Shown: piece by piece, positions 1-13,329 of the stretch | Numbering within the stretch: the first letter of the stretch is position 1 | Layout of the letters: each line of letters begins with the position of its first letter | Origin: Saccostrea cucullata | Taxonomy: Eukaryota | Direction of reading: 5' to 3' | NCBI RefSeq assembly: GCF_032062105.1 | Contig: NW_026924048.1 | Span: forward strand, 1 to 64,000 | DNA: 64,000 bases | Made by a program: the position numbers and the translations under genes | The notes under the pieces: generated by a model | Seen by the model: only the letters and a program-made list of their open reading frames with translations | What the model was told of the DNA's origin: nothing | Database searches by the model: none

Positions 1-118
1 GATGAATTAATAATTGTTCAGGTCAAAATATTTGAAGAAAAAAATTTAAATTATATCTAATAATAAAAAAAATATCTCCAGATATTATCCCCTATTTTTA
101 CAAACTAAAATGAAATAC

Positions 119-868
119 CCGTTTCTAATCTTCTTTCATACTCTGGAATAGTTTCATTTTTTACATGCTGTACATCCAATAAAGAAGATACTAATACATG
201 TAGTATCCCCCGTACTTTGACGAATTATTAACTTACCTAAAAATTTGGACATATTAAAAATAGCCAGCCCCCTGTGAAGGCCTTTCTATCCAATAAAAAA
301 AATTATTTTAAGGGATTTGTTAATCATTTAAGTTTATGTACTTTTTAAGTGTTTATTTTTTTGGTCCTCCCCTAGTTCCTCCCCAGGTAAAGCTTGATAA
401 AATATGTCTCGGTTTACCGCCTTAAACCAATCATCATTGATCATGAACATAGACTATAACGTTACAGAACAACCCGAGATCAACACATATAATACTGTAA
501 AAAGAGACAGTAATTTTGTACATCATTTTAAAGTTGTCATATTAATCAGAAGCTTTTGAATACACCAATTTTAACTTTTTACCCATCATGGCCATGCCCG
601 ACATTGCTCGATTCGGATGGAGCCCCATCTCTATATTCTAGAGATTTTAAGAATTTGCCGCAGTATGCGTACTTCTATAAATGAACGTTCATCGTGCTTA
701 CAAACAAAAAATGAATTTAAGTTAAGTTAAATGCTAATAATGCTAAATACGAACATACTTACACGTCGTTCCTTTGTTCTCCGTTGGGCTGTTGTTGGCG
801 CACTTTTCCGAGACCTCCTGCAGTGAAGGGGATTCTCAGCATCAGTAACTTCTACGTCGACGTATTCG
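119..868 (-). CDS. Possible multi-exon gene divergent from the 1171-7337 gene (runs out of the window); product unknown
   Basis: Chain of short open minus-strand exon-like blocks with GT donors: ~868-764 (NEYVDVEVTDAENPLHCRRSRKSAPTTAQRRTKERR|GTAAGT), ~628-583, ~420-343, 285-237 (KGLHRGLAIFNMSKFL|GTAAGT), 190-119 (SSLLDVQHVKNETIPEYERRLET). One phase mismatch, one 46-nt intron and no clear start codon. Confidence 0.3.
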
Positions 869-1170
869 TTTTACTTTGTTTGTTTTTTTTTTTTACAATG
901 TATACGAGATTATACACATATCTTAAAGTTCAGAAAAATTGTTTAAATCAATATGATTCGTTTTAAATGGATCCAAAGTTCTCAATAAAATATGCTACGA
1001 ATTTGAAGAAACAAAGAAAACCCTCGGAATCCCCGAACTGACTTACATCAGCAACTAATTAAAAACTAGCCAATAGGATTCATCCTTTTCAAATCGCGGC
1101 TACTTTCTTTGTCTACACACAGTTTAAAAATGGGAATCGGGTCCGATGTTTGATTGCATTTGGCAAAAGG

Positions 1171-4100
1171 ATGGATTTGGATTCAGAGGCAACAGAGATT
1201 CAGGAAAGTTTACATCTTCACTTTTCATCAGGAGGCGAATGCTCCGAACCTTTGTTATCTACGCCAACCCCACAATCAAAGGTATTTTCCGATACGATAG
1301 GTTTTGGTTATTTTTTCTCCAAATCGTGTAGATATATTCAAATAGCATTACAGAGGTAAATACACTTGAAGTGTTGAAAACCAAAGCGCATTTTTATTTG
1401 CTTTTTTTTCTAATAGCCTATTTTTATCTGTATCTTATTTGTCAGGCATACCGGAGGGGGGGGGGCACTATCCCCTACCAAAAATTGATTGACAAGCAAT
1501 AAAAAGGGTCATCAAACACTTTTTTGAGGGGACTACCTATATATTTCTATAGTTTATAAGTTAGTAATGAAGTATACTAGGCCTATTATGTATCGGCAAA
1601 AGAATATAGGCCTATCTATACTCTTTTGAAATGAACCCCCCCCCCTCCCCCCGGTTCCTAGGCATTTTTGTTTCTTTCATTTTTTTATTATTTTGTGCAA
1701 TGCGGCCCTTAAATCCTGTTTTAATTTTGAAGTTGTAAAGTTTGTTCTAGTCTAAAAAGTTACATTGAAACCTTGGGAAGTATTCAAGTTGTAAACCAAA
1801 TCAATGTATAAGGCCATTAAAGGTGAAGAGGGGGGATATTTGACTAGCAATGAAAAATAAACTTTGAACAACCTAGACTTGCAAATCTTGGGGGGGGGGG
1901 GCTGTGCATTATTTGGCAAGATCTTTTACTTAATTTGTGGATTGTGCAATTTTGAAAAAAAAAAAGATTGCCTTTATTTATATATCTCTGCTAAAATTTC
2001 ATTTTCCTGCATTTGGAGACCTAGCTATATGACAAAGTAGTATTAAGAATTTCATGTGCTTATCAAAAAACACTGAACTTTTAATGTGCATTGTATGTAG
2101 ATCATTTAGAATAAACCCGGTTTTCTATATTAATATATTTATGCATACTAGTCATTAAAGTCATCAATTTGAAAAAAGTAGTTAATCAATAATTTTATTA
2201 AACGGTCTTCAGAAACATCAGGGGACACCTGTTTTGTCTTCAAGGAAAGCTGCAACAGGAACACTTGTACACAGAGTACGGCCATTGTCTTCATCAGAAT
2301 CAGATGATGAAGAACAAAGAAACCAAAGTCAAGAGGTACATGTAATGTCAAATTTGATGAAAAAAACCCCAAAGAAAATGTTTTTTTTTTCCACAGATAT
2401 TTTTGATATGACACCTTTTTAATATTTCATTTCTTAAGTGCCCCCCCCCCCACCCCCACCTTTTAACTCAGATTCTTTAAACTTTAGAAATATTGTCTTC
2501 TCTTTTAGAAAAAAAAGACATTAAACAAACAGTCATCAGGTGTGAGGAGGTCGCCAAGAAAAGCTGCTAAGAATAATGATCATCAAAGCCAGCAGCCTTC
2601 TGAGTCTGGGTCTGAAAATGACAATGAGTCGCTGCATGATCACCCGGCAAAAAAGGTAAGAGCTCCATTGGTAGCTTGGACTACAACCTGACCTACTCTT
2701 GGGCATCATACATATACCCATTAGGAAAATAAAAACGTGAAAAATAATTCTAGAATCATTATGGAGTGCAGAAAAATCAGATTTTTTATTTCAAGGATAT
2801 GGGATATATACATACATTTATTCAAACATGCAGTATTTTCAAATCAATTATTTTTTTCTTTAAAAAAAATGAAACATTTCACCTGGTGGGTTTGGTGCAA
2901 TAGAAATAAAGCTGGGATTCTTTCATATAATTAATAAAATAATTATCTATTCTTGTAATCCTTTTATGACATCGTTAAATGAATATTCATGGCTCTCAAT
3001 TCTTTATAATTGGGGCTGTTTATGGGTCCTATCCCTAAGATATCTTTTTTCCCAATGGAATCTGTTAATTTTCCCAAAAGTCATTTCTCCCCCAAATTAA
3101 AGAAGATATAGCTGGATATGTAATAATTAAATTTGTTTTTCACATTCCTTTGTACAGTGTTGTATATTGCAAAACAATAATTTAGTTGATGACAAAGATC
3201 AGATACCTAGTTTATCATCATGATCATTTTTATAAACTAGAATAGCGGTTATCCTCAAATTTTCCAAAATGTCGTCATTTTTCCTACTTTTGGCGGACAT
3301 GGACTCATTCCCAAAAATGTGAGAGCACTAGAATATAATCATTGTCAGACTGTCAGTTGAAAAAATTAGAAAATAGCTTTTTAATACTTGCCTTAAAATG
3401 CTTTTAAAATTCTTTCAACTGACAAATTCACCCTGGCATGTCATCATAAATTCTTTTTTTCTTTCTTTCAGAAAAACAGAAGTATGGTTACCACTACAGC
3501 ATTAAGAAGATCTCCTAGAAAGCGTGTGAAGGGCATGAGTACTTCATTGATGCGACAACTTTCCCCATCGGAATCAGATAATTCAGATCACCTCCCTATT
3601 TTCCAGACTCAAAAGGTGAGATTAAGTGTGAAATTAAGTCAAGAACATATATACAAGAAGTAAGGAGTGTTTTACAATATTCATTATATGGCTTGACTAA
3701 AATTTTATCTGTATATTACAATTGAACTGTACAGATTGGTAGATTTGTTGATGTATTATCAATTATTTGTTTTAGAGAAAAAGATCTACAGAACAAAATA
3801 ATCCACAAAGAAAGGCCCAGCTAAGTCGATCTGCTGCTTCTCAGGAAACAGTGATGGTAATAACAGAGATAATGATGTTTTTATATAAGAGCTATTCAAA
3901 AATTACTGCTGAAGGTTATAAAACATATAAGGGTGCATGACTTTAATATTTCGATTCTTATTATTGTTTAGACACCAGGTAATGCAAGCCAAAGTCAGCC
4001 GACCAGTGTATCATTAGGGAGAACACCATCAAACAGTAAGTTAAATTTATTTTGAAACTTGAATTAAATCTCTGAGGGTTTTAAATTTCATATGTTTATA

Positions 4101-7100
4101 TAGAAAAACTGCAGGGTTGGATAGAAGAACTTTGCTTTACTATAAGGCAATTTTGGTTACATGGTACCAGTACTTTTTTTATATCCAGTGGAAATATTTT
4201 TGCCCCCCCCCCCCCTTCAAAGAAAGTAGAGCATTGATTTGCTGCTGTCGATCTATCTGTCTGTTAGTCCACCAATAGAGTCCGTTCATTTTCTTTGCAG
4301 AGAGGATGTACGTACTGAATTAAAACTTTATCGCAAGAATATCTAGGTTAAGTTCTGTTTTGGATACAATTGAGCAATTTTAGAAACAAATCAGTGTCTT
4401 GGGTGGGGAGGAGCAGTGTTTCACAAACATATATTCTTTACTATAGCTTTTCACTTAATAATGGATAAGAGCTTTGGGCAATTGTGTTGATAATAAATGT
4501 ATTATGCAAAGGAAAATTTAACAGTATTTATATGCACTTTTTACTTAAACCAGATCATTAATCAATAAAAATATATATTTTGCGAGAAAAAAACTGGGTT
4601 TTTTATTTATATTATCAAATACTTAATGATAAAATTAACTCTTTGAAGAATTCGCAAAATATTTTTTGTTGGTACATGTTCCTCAAAATTTTTATTTAGG
4701 CAGTGGCATGAAGACGCAAATTTCTCAGATACTTGCAAACCAAAATGAAATTCTTCAACAATTGGCCATTGTAAAGAAAGATGTCCGAGAAGTTAAAGCA
4801 GAGATTGAAAAGAAAAAGCAAGAAACTAATGAACCTGTACATGTTCCGGCAAGAATTAGGGTGAGGAATTCTGAATATATATATATGTATTTCAAGCTAT
4901 TTTTCCAAATAATAATGTGATACAGATTCAAAAGAATTTCTAAAACAGAATGTAATCATGCATCTACATGTATAATTTTTGTGAAACTTTAATTTTATTA
5001 TGTTTTTTTTTTTGTTGGTAAAAGAATGGACAGTTTTTCAAATGAGAAAATATGTAACTTAAATTAATGAGATTCTGTTATACATGTATCAATATAATAA
5101 AACTGAATCAAATATTTCTGCAGTAAATTAAACAATGCTTTTCAACATTAACATGATTAATGATGTTCACAATCCCTTTTTTTTAACGGGGGCTTTTTTT
5201 ATCCATCCAATCTCATAATTATTTGAAAAAACACTAACATGTACATGGAGTTAAAAATTCTTTAACAAATGCATTAAAATATTTACATGTAAATCATTCA
5301 TCAATGCACAATTTGTATTGTGATCATACTGTATTACACCCCTTGCACTCTTGGAATGTATATTAATACACCATAATTGTTTGCTATTTAGAGTGCAGTG
5401 AAGGACTCATATTTAAATGGCCAACAGACAAATTTAAAATGGAACTGCAATAAAAGGTATCTTTGTATATATACCTGTTCATATAGAATCACAATTACCA
5501 TTCCTTGTATTCGATCATAGAAGCCTACTTCTTTTTGTATTCTATTTTTATTCGTATTAACTCTTGAAATGTGTGACTAATATATGTGTATATAATATTA
5601 ATATTTTGCAGATTTATGGATGAAGAAAACTTTGAAATGACAGATTTTATTAGGAAAAGTGTGCAAGGAATCGCTCCAGATGAAAACATTGATGTTATAA
5701 ATGGTACCTAAATAAGAATTGCTACATATTTTCAAAATTAAAGGAGGATAGCAACTTTATATTTTCAAACCGTGTCGGGACTGAGAGCAAACAATTATTT
5801 TTCAAAAGTTGGCCTAATGCATTGCATTTTATATTTATCTAAAGTGGAATATCTTCTCAGTTCTGTAAACATTTTAAAAGGAAATGCAAATTCTAAAGGT
5901 TCATTCATTTGTTTTAAATTTGAGCTTTTCATAATAAAATTGAATGCAATTTTATGTTAATTGAAATCAAAGGCTGCATATTTAATTACATTGAACAATA
6001 TTTAATATTAACTGTGAAGCTTTTATGTAACAATCAGCTGTTTTATTTTTCAGCTGCGATAAAAAGATATTTTACATCGCAAAAGGAAGCAGATAACAGG
6101 CAGAAAAAGAACAAAACAGACTTACATAAAAAGAGACAGGCAACTTATGAAAGAAAAAAAGAGGTAAACTTTTTGGATTTTTATGAAGGGTTGTTCATAC
6201 ACATCAGTTAATCCTCAGGTGAATGTAATATTCTTGTCAGGAAAAGAGGAGTCAATTTTACCTCTGCATGCCAGGGTACGGTTTAAAGGGGCATGGACAC
6301 AGTTTCAGCTAAAATTTCAATTTTTTTTTTTTCATTTTTACAATTATGTAACTATGGTCTTTCTAATCATCATCAAAAATTTGAACGTCAGTTGTCCAGA
6401 TACAAGACAGATTTAGAGCTACAAGCCTTTGTTACATAAACAAGGTCTGTGTCATGTTTTTGTTTACACAGGTTAATAAACTAATATATATTTGTTCGAA
6501 GTAGATATTTTCAAATAAAAGTTAATTTTAAATACGATTCGACAGTTACTATTCATTTGCTGAATATTTTTTTGTTTTAATTTGATACTTTTTATATGTA
6601 AACAAAAAACAAGGCACAAGCCTTAAACGTTATGAAGAACTTAAAGTTCTGTATTTTGTTTGCTTATCAACAAATGACGTTCTTCAAATTTTTGCTAGTC
6701 AATAAATGATGCCTTAGGTAGGAATTGTGAACATTAAAATTGGTTCAAAAAATTTAGTTGAAACTGTATACATGCCCCTTTAAGGCTCACCTTGGCAATT
6801 AAAGTTCATTGCAAGTTTTGATAAGGTTATAATATTTCTTAAGGTTTAAAACTTGATGAAAAAAGAAAATTAAGCACCGTAATCCAGAATTGTTATGATT
6901 AGTCTCTTGAGAGAATAAAATAATACAGTAGGTAAAAGAATTTCTTTTTAGTGCTCTATACAACCATTTTATTTATTAAAATTGAGAGTTTTGATTTTCT
7001 TAAACAGAAATTAAAGAGGAGAGTGTCCGCCATTGAAAAGAAGACAGGATGGTCCCAGGAGAAAAAGGTGAAGGTCAAGTCTTTCCTCCAGTTGCCGAAC

Positions 7101-7337
7101 GCCTACAAATTCATGAGTAGTGACGAGGAGGGAGATGATGGTTTTGTGTCCCATTCATATTCATGGGAAAGTGAAGAACTTAAAAAAATCAAAGAAAGCC
7201 TGGACAAGAAATATTTAGATACTTGTCCTCCATGCAGCAAAAGACTTCTGTCAAAGAGAAGCAGGGGTTCAATAAGACAACAAGATCCCCCAAAACTAGC
7301 CAGTGATCATGACTGGGTTCTAAACAATGACTCTTAA
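1171..7337 (+). CDS. 11-exon gene, about 475 aa: Ser/Lys/Arg-rich disordered N-half with two RRSPRK motifs, coiled coil, C-terminal C14orf93-like domain
   Basis: Manually spliced exons 1171-1281, 2213-2335, 2509-2655, 3472-3615, 3776-3856, 3972-4035, 4700-4860, 5392-5456, 5612-5703, 6054-6163, 7008-7337. All introns GT-AG, phases compatible, 1428 nt with no internal stop; AATAAA at 7635. C-terminus (AAIKRYF...RQATYERKKEKLKRR...FMSSDEE...SWESEELKKIKESLD) resembles the C14orf93 family pattern, recognised by eye. Confidence 0.85.
4203..4430. mobile_element. Helentron/HINE-like non-autonomous fragment in intron 6
   Basis: TTTTTGCCCCC...TTCAAAGAAAG start followed by a TCTG-type microsatellite, as in mollusc Helentron-associated repeats; degenerate. 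Confidence 0.4.
6287..6779. mobile_element. Kolobok-like MITE in intron 10 (second family member at 62908-63390)
   Basis: TIRs AGGGGCATGGACACAGTTTCAGCTAAA / TTTAGTTGAAACTGTATACATGCCCCT; TTAA target duplication at 6283-6286 and 6780-6783. Confidence 0.85.
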
Positions 7338-7844
7338 ATTTATTTTTCTTTCTGTTTGTAAATATTGAATAATATCTGTTTAGTTAACTTTTACATTATA
7401 GATTCATCAAAATGTATGAAGAGCTTTGGTATGTTCAAATGTTAATTGAATACTTGGATTATGTCAAGTGTGTTCATGAGCATTCCTTATATCTTATTTT
7501 TGTATAAAATTCAATAATGCAGACATGTATATCTTGATGTTCTTTTTTTAAATGCATAAAAATTCATGCAATGTTTGTCTTATCAACATTTATTTAGATT
7601 TTATATTGAATACAAATTATTGATCAACATCTATAATAAAAAAATACTGATTTTTTAAATTTGCAGTTTTTGTAATTTATTGACATCAAATCGCAGGAGG
7701 AACTTTCATGAATCCAGATATGAACACAATCTAATCATTAAAAATATAATTTTTGAAAAAGATCAACAAAATTGTAATGAAAATGAGAAATGGGTAGTAT
7801 AAAGTCAAGGCGTTAAATTTATACACCTTTAATTATAATTAAAT

Positions 7845-8196
7845 TTGATCTTTACTTAAATTTAATTCACCCGCAAAGACGATCTATACTGTTTTTAAAA
7901 TATGTATTTACTGTAGTAAATATAATATTTAACTTTTTGTAAATATGTTGTCAAAGACAACCTTTGAATTTCCATAAAGTTGCATTTACTTGAGTAAATA
8001 TTTCATTTAATTATTTTGTAAAGGTGTAGTAAATTGGGCCATTACAAAAATTTACTTTGCAGTAAATATAATTAAAGATCACATTTACCAACTTTTTCTT
8101 TTTTAAGTAAATATGCTTAAATGTAATTAAAGACATTGTAAATGTAGCATTTTCAATACCTTTACTTATTTTGTAAAGACATTTTTTCATGCAGTG
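7845..8196. repeat. Subterminal array of short inverted TTTAC..GTAAA motifs ending in the CAGTG terminus
   Basis: Examples: TTTACTGTAGTAAA, TTTACTTGAGTAAA, TTTACTTTGCAGTAAA, TTTACTTATTTTGTAAA. Confidence 0.75.
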
Positions 8197-9374
8197 TTTA
8201 TTTTAAATTAATCTTGATATTTACGAGGGTTGTCCCAAGATTCCGTAAACTGAGCTCATATCTTTAAAAGAAATTAAAGTATATCTATAAAATTTCCTGA
8301 GTAGATAAAGCATGTTCTTGGCAGATAAATTACGAAATTTTATCTCATTAGCTTGAAAGCAATTATTCGATATATAAGATTTGAAGTGTTATCGTTCGCT
8401 TACACCCGGGACAATCTGCAATGTTGAAAAAAGACAAAAATCAAGGGTTCAAGTTTTTGGGGAAAATATTCCAATTACCAGATTTAAATTCACAAATTAA
8501 TCAGAACGATTGCAGATATAAATGTAAAATGTCTTAATTATTTTGATATGATACAACATTGAAATAATTATGTAAACAGAGTATAGGCATGCACAAGTAT
8601 GATTAAATCATATTTTGAAAAAAAACCTGTATTTTTTTTCGGGTTTTTCGTCTGTCATTTATATTGGAGTTGCTCAATGACACTCTCTTTTGTACTTCTT
8701 AGGGTTAAATACTAAGTACTTAAACATACTTCTATACAGCTCAACACACTTTTTAAACTCGCATGGTTCTTCGTACAAATTTAAGTCACATTGTTATAAT
8801 GCAAAAATAGTGTAATGTGACAACAAAATATAATTTAAAAATGATTTATAACTTAATTTTGATGATATTCCAATACTTTAAACATAATTCACTCATAATA
8901 ATTGGTGGGATTTTTATATGCTCTTGGTTGATACCTTATGACAGTTTCCAAAAGTATTTTTCATTGTTTCTCGTCAAATGCAACCGTCTTTGTATCCGTT
9001 CACTTTAAAGCATACTTTTTCCTTGCCTTAATACAGAAATAGTGCAGTTCATGTAGCTTCTGTATTTTCTGAAAATTAATATAACACTAAGGCACAAGAT
9101 GGTATACATATTTCTCATCTGTTCAACTTCTTTCCCTGTTAAAAAGATGGCATTTTTCAGGTTAACTTCCTGAAATCCAACATTATAAAAGATGCCTTCC
9201 ATCGCAAAATTTCAGAGTTTAAGACCATAAATGTAAATGAATTTTCTTTTTTATAGTTACAATTTACTTTGTTGAAAGATAATCATTCTTTATTATCCTA
9301 TCCTTTTACATGATTTATTTATGCAGTTTTGCCATTTTTCGGCGCTGAATTTCGACAAAACCAAGACAAGTATG

Positions 9375-9965
9375 GAATATCACCTGTATACGGAGTGTAC
9401 TGTATATAGGGTTATTTTCGCCCCGTGTTATTTTTGCCTTTTTGCACTTGCAAACAATTTTGTTCCGTTTTGAATTCGCTCAGTCATAGTCCTGTTTAAA
9501 ACATTATGCTGTGTAATTTATATTCGCCCCGTTTAAAATTCGCCCAAAAAAGAATAGGGCGAAAAGGACGAAAATAAAACGGGGTCGAAAATTTCCCTGT
9601 ATACAGTATATATCTCAGTTTATTCGATACGCAAGAGCATGCTCAACGTATGAACAATTTCTAAAACGAGGTAAATTATTGACAAGCAAGTTGACGAAAC
9701 AAGAATATCAGCATTCTCGTTTAAAGTCATCATTTCGTAAGTTCTATGGTCGATACAATGACCTTGTCAGCAAAAACAATTTATCATTGAGTCAAATGCT
9801 GACCGACGTTTTTCATACCAATTGTTAGTCCATCATTTATACACTGAATTGAAGACGGATTTTTTCCGCTATTTCCTGATCATGACAAGGAGCACACCGC
9901 GGGTGTGACCTGTCGGCAGGGGATGCTCTCTCCTCCATGGCGCCTGATCCCACCTCTGATGTCTC
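9375..9965 (+). mobile_element. 3' fragment of a Penelope-like retroelement (RT thumb plus conserved 3' tail), interrupted by a MITE
   Basis: After removing 9400-9606 it reads SPVYGVYISQFIRYARACSTYEQFLKRGKLLTSKLTKQEYQHSRLKSSFRKFYGRYNDLVSK, then the tail GGGTGTGACCTGTCGGCAGGGGATGCT...CTGATCCCACC. Homologous to 57455-60240. Confidence 0.7.
9400..9606. mobile_element. TA-flanked MITE (CTGTA...TACAG termini)
   Basis: TIRs CTGTATATAGGGTTATTTTCGCCCCG / CGGGGTCGAAAATTTCCCTGTATACAG; TA on both sides; removal restores the host reading frame. Confidence 0.85.
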
Positions 9966-11588
9966 TGATGTTTGTGGGTTGGATTCAGGATCAAAATACT
10001 TGAACACAGTTTAATCTGGCGACTGTGTTGGTCTGTTTTTTTTTAGAAAGTCGTTTATAAAGAATTTTTATTTCCATTCCTTCAATACTAAGTAGTAATT
10101 ACTTTTTCCACAGGATTTCAAATATAATATATTAACTTTAATTGCTACATTTAGGTATTGCGCCAATAAGTGTTGGTTTAATCTATGTACAAAATTTCAT
10201 TAATATATGACATCGGAGTTCTACAAAACATTTCTTGTCTACGGAATTTTGGGACAACCTTCTTAAAATGTAAAATCAAAGGAAGTGCTCGGATTCTTCA
10301 TATTCATCGCTTTTTGTGAGCTATTTTTATCTTATTATGTTTATATATTTCATATTCGTCAATTATATTGTATTTTATGTATATTTATTGCAGCCCGGAG
10401 GACAGGGCTGTTTTATACATATAGGTTTAATTGTTGGTGTATGGGGGTTGAGGTGGGAGAAGTTATTCAGAATTAAAGGTTTTCTAAACATTTAAAGGAT
10501 TGTTAATCAGAATGTTCTTTCCCTATATAAATTACGAAATACATAATATAATTACTACCATGAAATGAATCTGTAAAAATAAATCTGTTTTTTTCATATT
10601 CAATATATAAAGTTGCTAATATTTACTATCGAAAAAACGACAGGTCCCTTTTTTAGAACATCGAATTTTATATAGTTACCGCATAAAAACGTACTCTGTA
10701 CGCAGTTCATGTTTTATATTCTTAAAGTGAAATACATTTTTGAATATAGGTGATGCATGTGTTGTCTGGTTTCAATTTATATTTTATGTAGCTATCATTT
10801 ACTTGAGGAATTAATAAAGTTTGAAAGGGTATTGTTTTTGTTCAATTTTCATCCAACTATAAGTTTTCAAAATAATCTCGACTATCCTTTCCATCATCTA
10901 GACGCATGCCTTTTTCACATATATCGAAGAGGTTTGATGATCAAGACGACTAAATTACCATTGTTGACTTTATTTCCCGGTCGACAATTAATGGTTACAT
11001 CAATGTGTTCTTGTTTGGTGTTTATGTGATTATATCTATTCTAATTAAAAGCGCTTTCAATATGTGTTGCATTCCTCAATCAGTATTGTCTCTGCTATGT
11101 TAAAAATTAAAGTTGGGGCCTACTCATGGAAAACCGGAAGCCTGATTTAGCCATTTCCGTTTTAAAAATTACGGTACATATAGCATTAAGAACAAAGTCT
11201 GCGGAAATGTTGAAGAGATGTATAAAGATAAATGAGGGTATTTATGTGCAAGGATTGAAATTCATACAGTATGTCGCAGAAAATTATTTAAAACACAAGC
11301 ACGAGGTCAATATTTTTATTTGTTGTTTAAATATATGTTCCAAATTTTATAATAATATGATGTTTGATAAAAAAAGTTATGACAAAAGTCTACGAACTTT
11401 TTGATAACCCTCATAATCAAAATATGAATTTATTTGCCATATGCATAGCCATAAAGTGTACATCGTTTTTATAACAGACGTGATTTTGTTTTTGGTACAA
11501 GAGAGCACATGAATGTTTCACCCTATCGCAGTAGAAGTAGAGGTTATGTAAACAAACAGGTCACTAAATGATATCCCCGCATCCCATA

Positions 11589-11808
11589 CCATATAAGCAG
11601 AAATTTTAGCGAGAATTTAATTTTGGCATTATTCACAAGGGTGCTGAGATCGCTAAAATTGAATATCGCTAAAAACTAATTGTATTTTGTATGTGATAGC
11701 TTCCTCGGTGAGGATTTTAAAATCGCTAACATTACATCTCAATGTAAATTGAATACCTTTTAGGACAAATTTCTAAATTTGCTCTTCGCTAAAATTTCAA
11801 GTATGAGG
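11589..11808. mobile_element. TA-flanked MITE
   Basis: Imperfect TIRs CCATATAAGCAGAAATTTTAGCG / CGCTAAAATTTCAAGTATGAGG; internal CGCTAAA repeats. Confidence 0.6.
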
Positions 11809-12700
11809 TATTACTATAATGGCAGTGTCCATGTATTTGCAATGGGAAACGCAAAATATGTGTCGGATCAAAAAGTGAAATAGGAGGTGCAAAACGGCAA
11901 TATGTAATAAATATTTTGTGAGAGTAAGATGGACGGAAGAACATACCGATTACTATATACCCCCCCCTCCCCGCTTTTCAAGCGGGGATATATGTATAGT
12001 TGATCTATCTATTTTTGTGCTTTTGAAGTAGATAAAGTATCTTTTAATGTACATCAGGACAAAAACTGCTTTGTTAACCAAGTAATTTTACAAGTAGGGA
12101 CCCACCTTAAACCGAAAAGATTTACCTGTAAGATGTATGAAACGTCAATTGAGTGTTGTGAATGTTAAATATGTAAAAAAAAAATGTGGTATTTAAATAC
12201 GTATATATTATTTTATAGTTTATGCATGACCCAGTATATATATATTCAATATGTTATATTATAGTTAATATCTATTTAATTTATATTTATGTGATTACAT
12301 ACATTCTAAAATCTTTTTTCTGAAGTGTTTTCAATATATGTTGCATTTTTGAATAATCATTGTCTTGGCTATGTTAAAGATTTTAAAGCTGTGAAGGTTT
12401 ACCTGAAAATTTATAAAACGTTAATTAAGTATTGTAAATGTCAAATTTATAAATAGCTTTGTAGGAATGAAATATATTTTTTATTTATTCCATGTTAAAA
12501 AAATTAAAGTGATGTGTTTAAAATATGATAGTTTATAAAAAGTGATTTTTTCACACTTATCGTAAAAATCCGCTTATATTAAATACTTATAAAACTGATT
12601 ATATGCCTATACCAATACATGAAAGTGACTTATTCATTGATTAATGATTTACGCCGAAGAAGTATTAATTTAGCCATATGTCGGCGATTATACCAATATA

Positions 12701-12872
12701 CTGTAGATTCCTTATTTTTCGCGAGTACCTTTTATCGCGATCTGGGCCTTTAACGTCATATCGCGAGAATTATAATTCGCAAAAGGACGGTTGATAAACA
12801 GAATTTCCAAAGATTTCAGCACCATAAAAATAAAAGCGAGAAATATTTTTTGTTATAATTAGGAATCTACAG
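12701..12872. mobile_element. TA-flanked MITE (CTGTA...TACAG)
   Basis: TIRs CTGTAGATTCCT / AGGAATCTACAG; TA both sides; internal TCGCGA repeats. Confidence 0.75.
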
Positions 12873-13329
12873 TATAAATGACGGTTTCAATTGAATTAAA
12901 TTTGAATGTTTCATTTCTGGTCAGACAAAAGTTATTTCAGGTAGAGTCAGAAGCAAATTCAAAGAATTTAGGCCTCCCGATTTCGATGTCTTAGTGGATT
13001 TGAAGTTAGATATACACACCGTTTTTTATGTCTTTTAGTAGTTAACACACAAAAAAAATATTTTTAAACCACCATAAATATGTTGGTTTAGGTTCAAAAA
13101 CTCGACCAGGATGCATATTCTATCCCTTTTCATTCCAACAAGAAATAAAATTACAACTAGCATATACTTACATGTACCCATCCACGAAGATACACAGGCA
13201 TCCCCTCTCGCTTTCTGGAACCCGCAGTGTATCTTTGTTTGTAAGGATTCTTATGAAGTTTGGAATGCAATATCTATATGGTAGTTCAAAATCATTTTGG
13301 TTCTTCAGGATACTAAAATTATTCAAGTT

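Larger units (their letters stand above)
1..8196. mobile_element. Right portion of a probable CACTA/EnSpm (CMC) DNA transposon; left end outside the window
   Basis: Ends in ...ATTTTTTCATGCAGTG at 8196 (reverse complement CACTGCATGAAAAAAT, the CACTG terminus of animal EnSpm elements), preceded by a dense block of subterminal TTTAC/GTAAA repeats. No transposase seen in the window. Confidence 0.6.
8224..10263. mobile_element. Decayed mariner-type element containing nested insertions
   Basis: TIRs CGAGGGTTGTCCCAAGATTCCGTA / TACGGAATTTTGGGACAACCTTCT, flanked by TA. Confidence 0.75.

Noticed and set aside
10285-11404. Short ORFs in AT-rich sequence
   Set aside because: Compositionally biased, no motifs or consistent splice structure; likely chance ORFs in decayed repeats.
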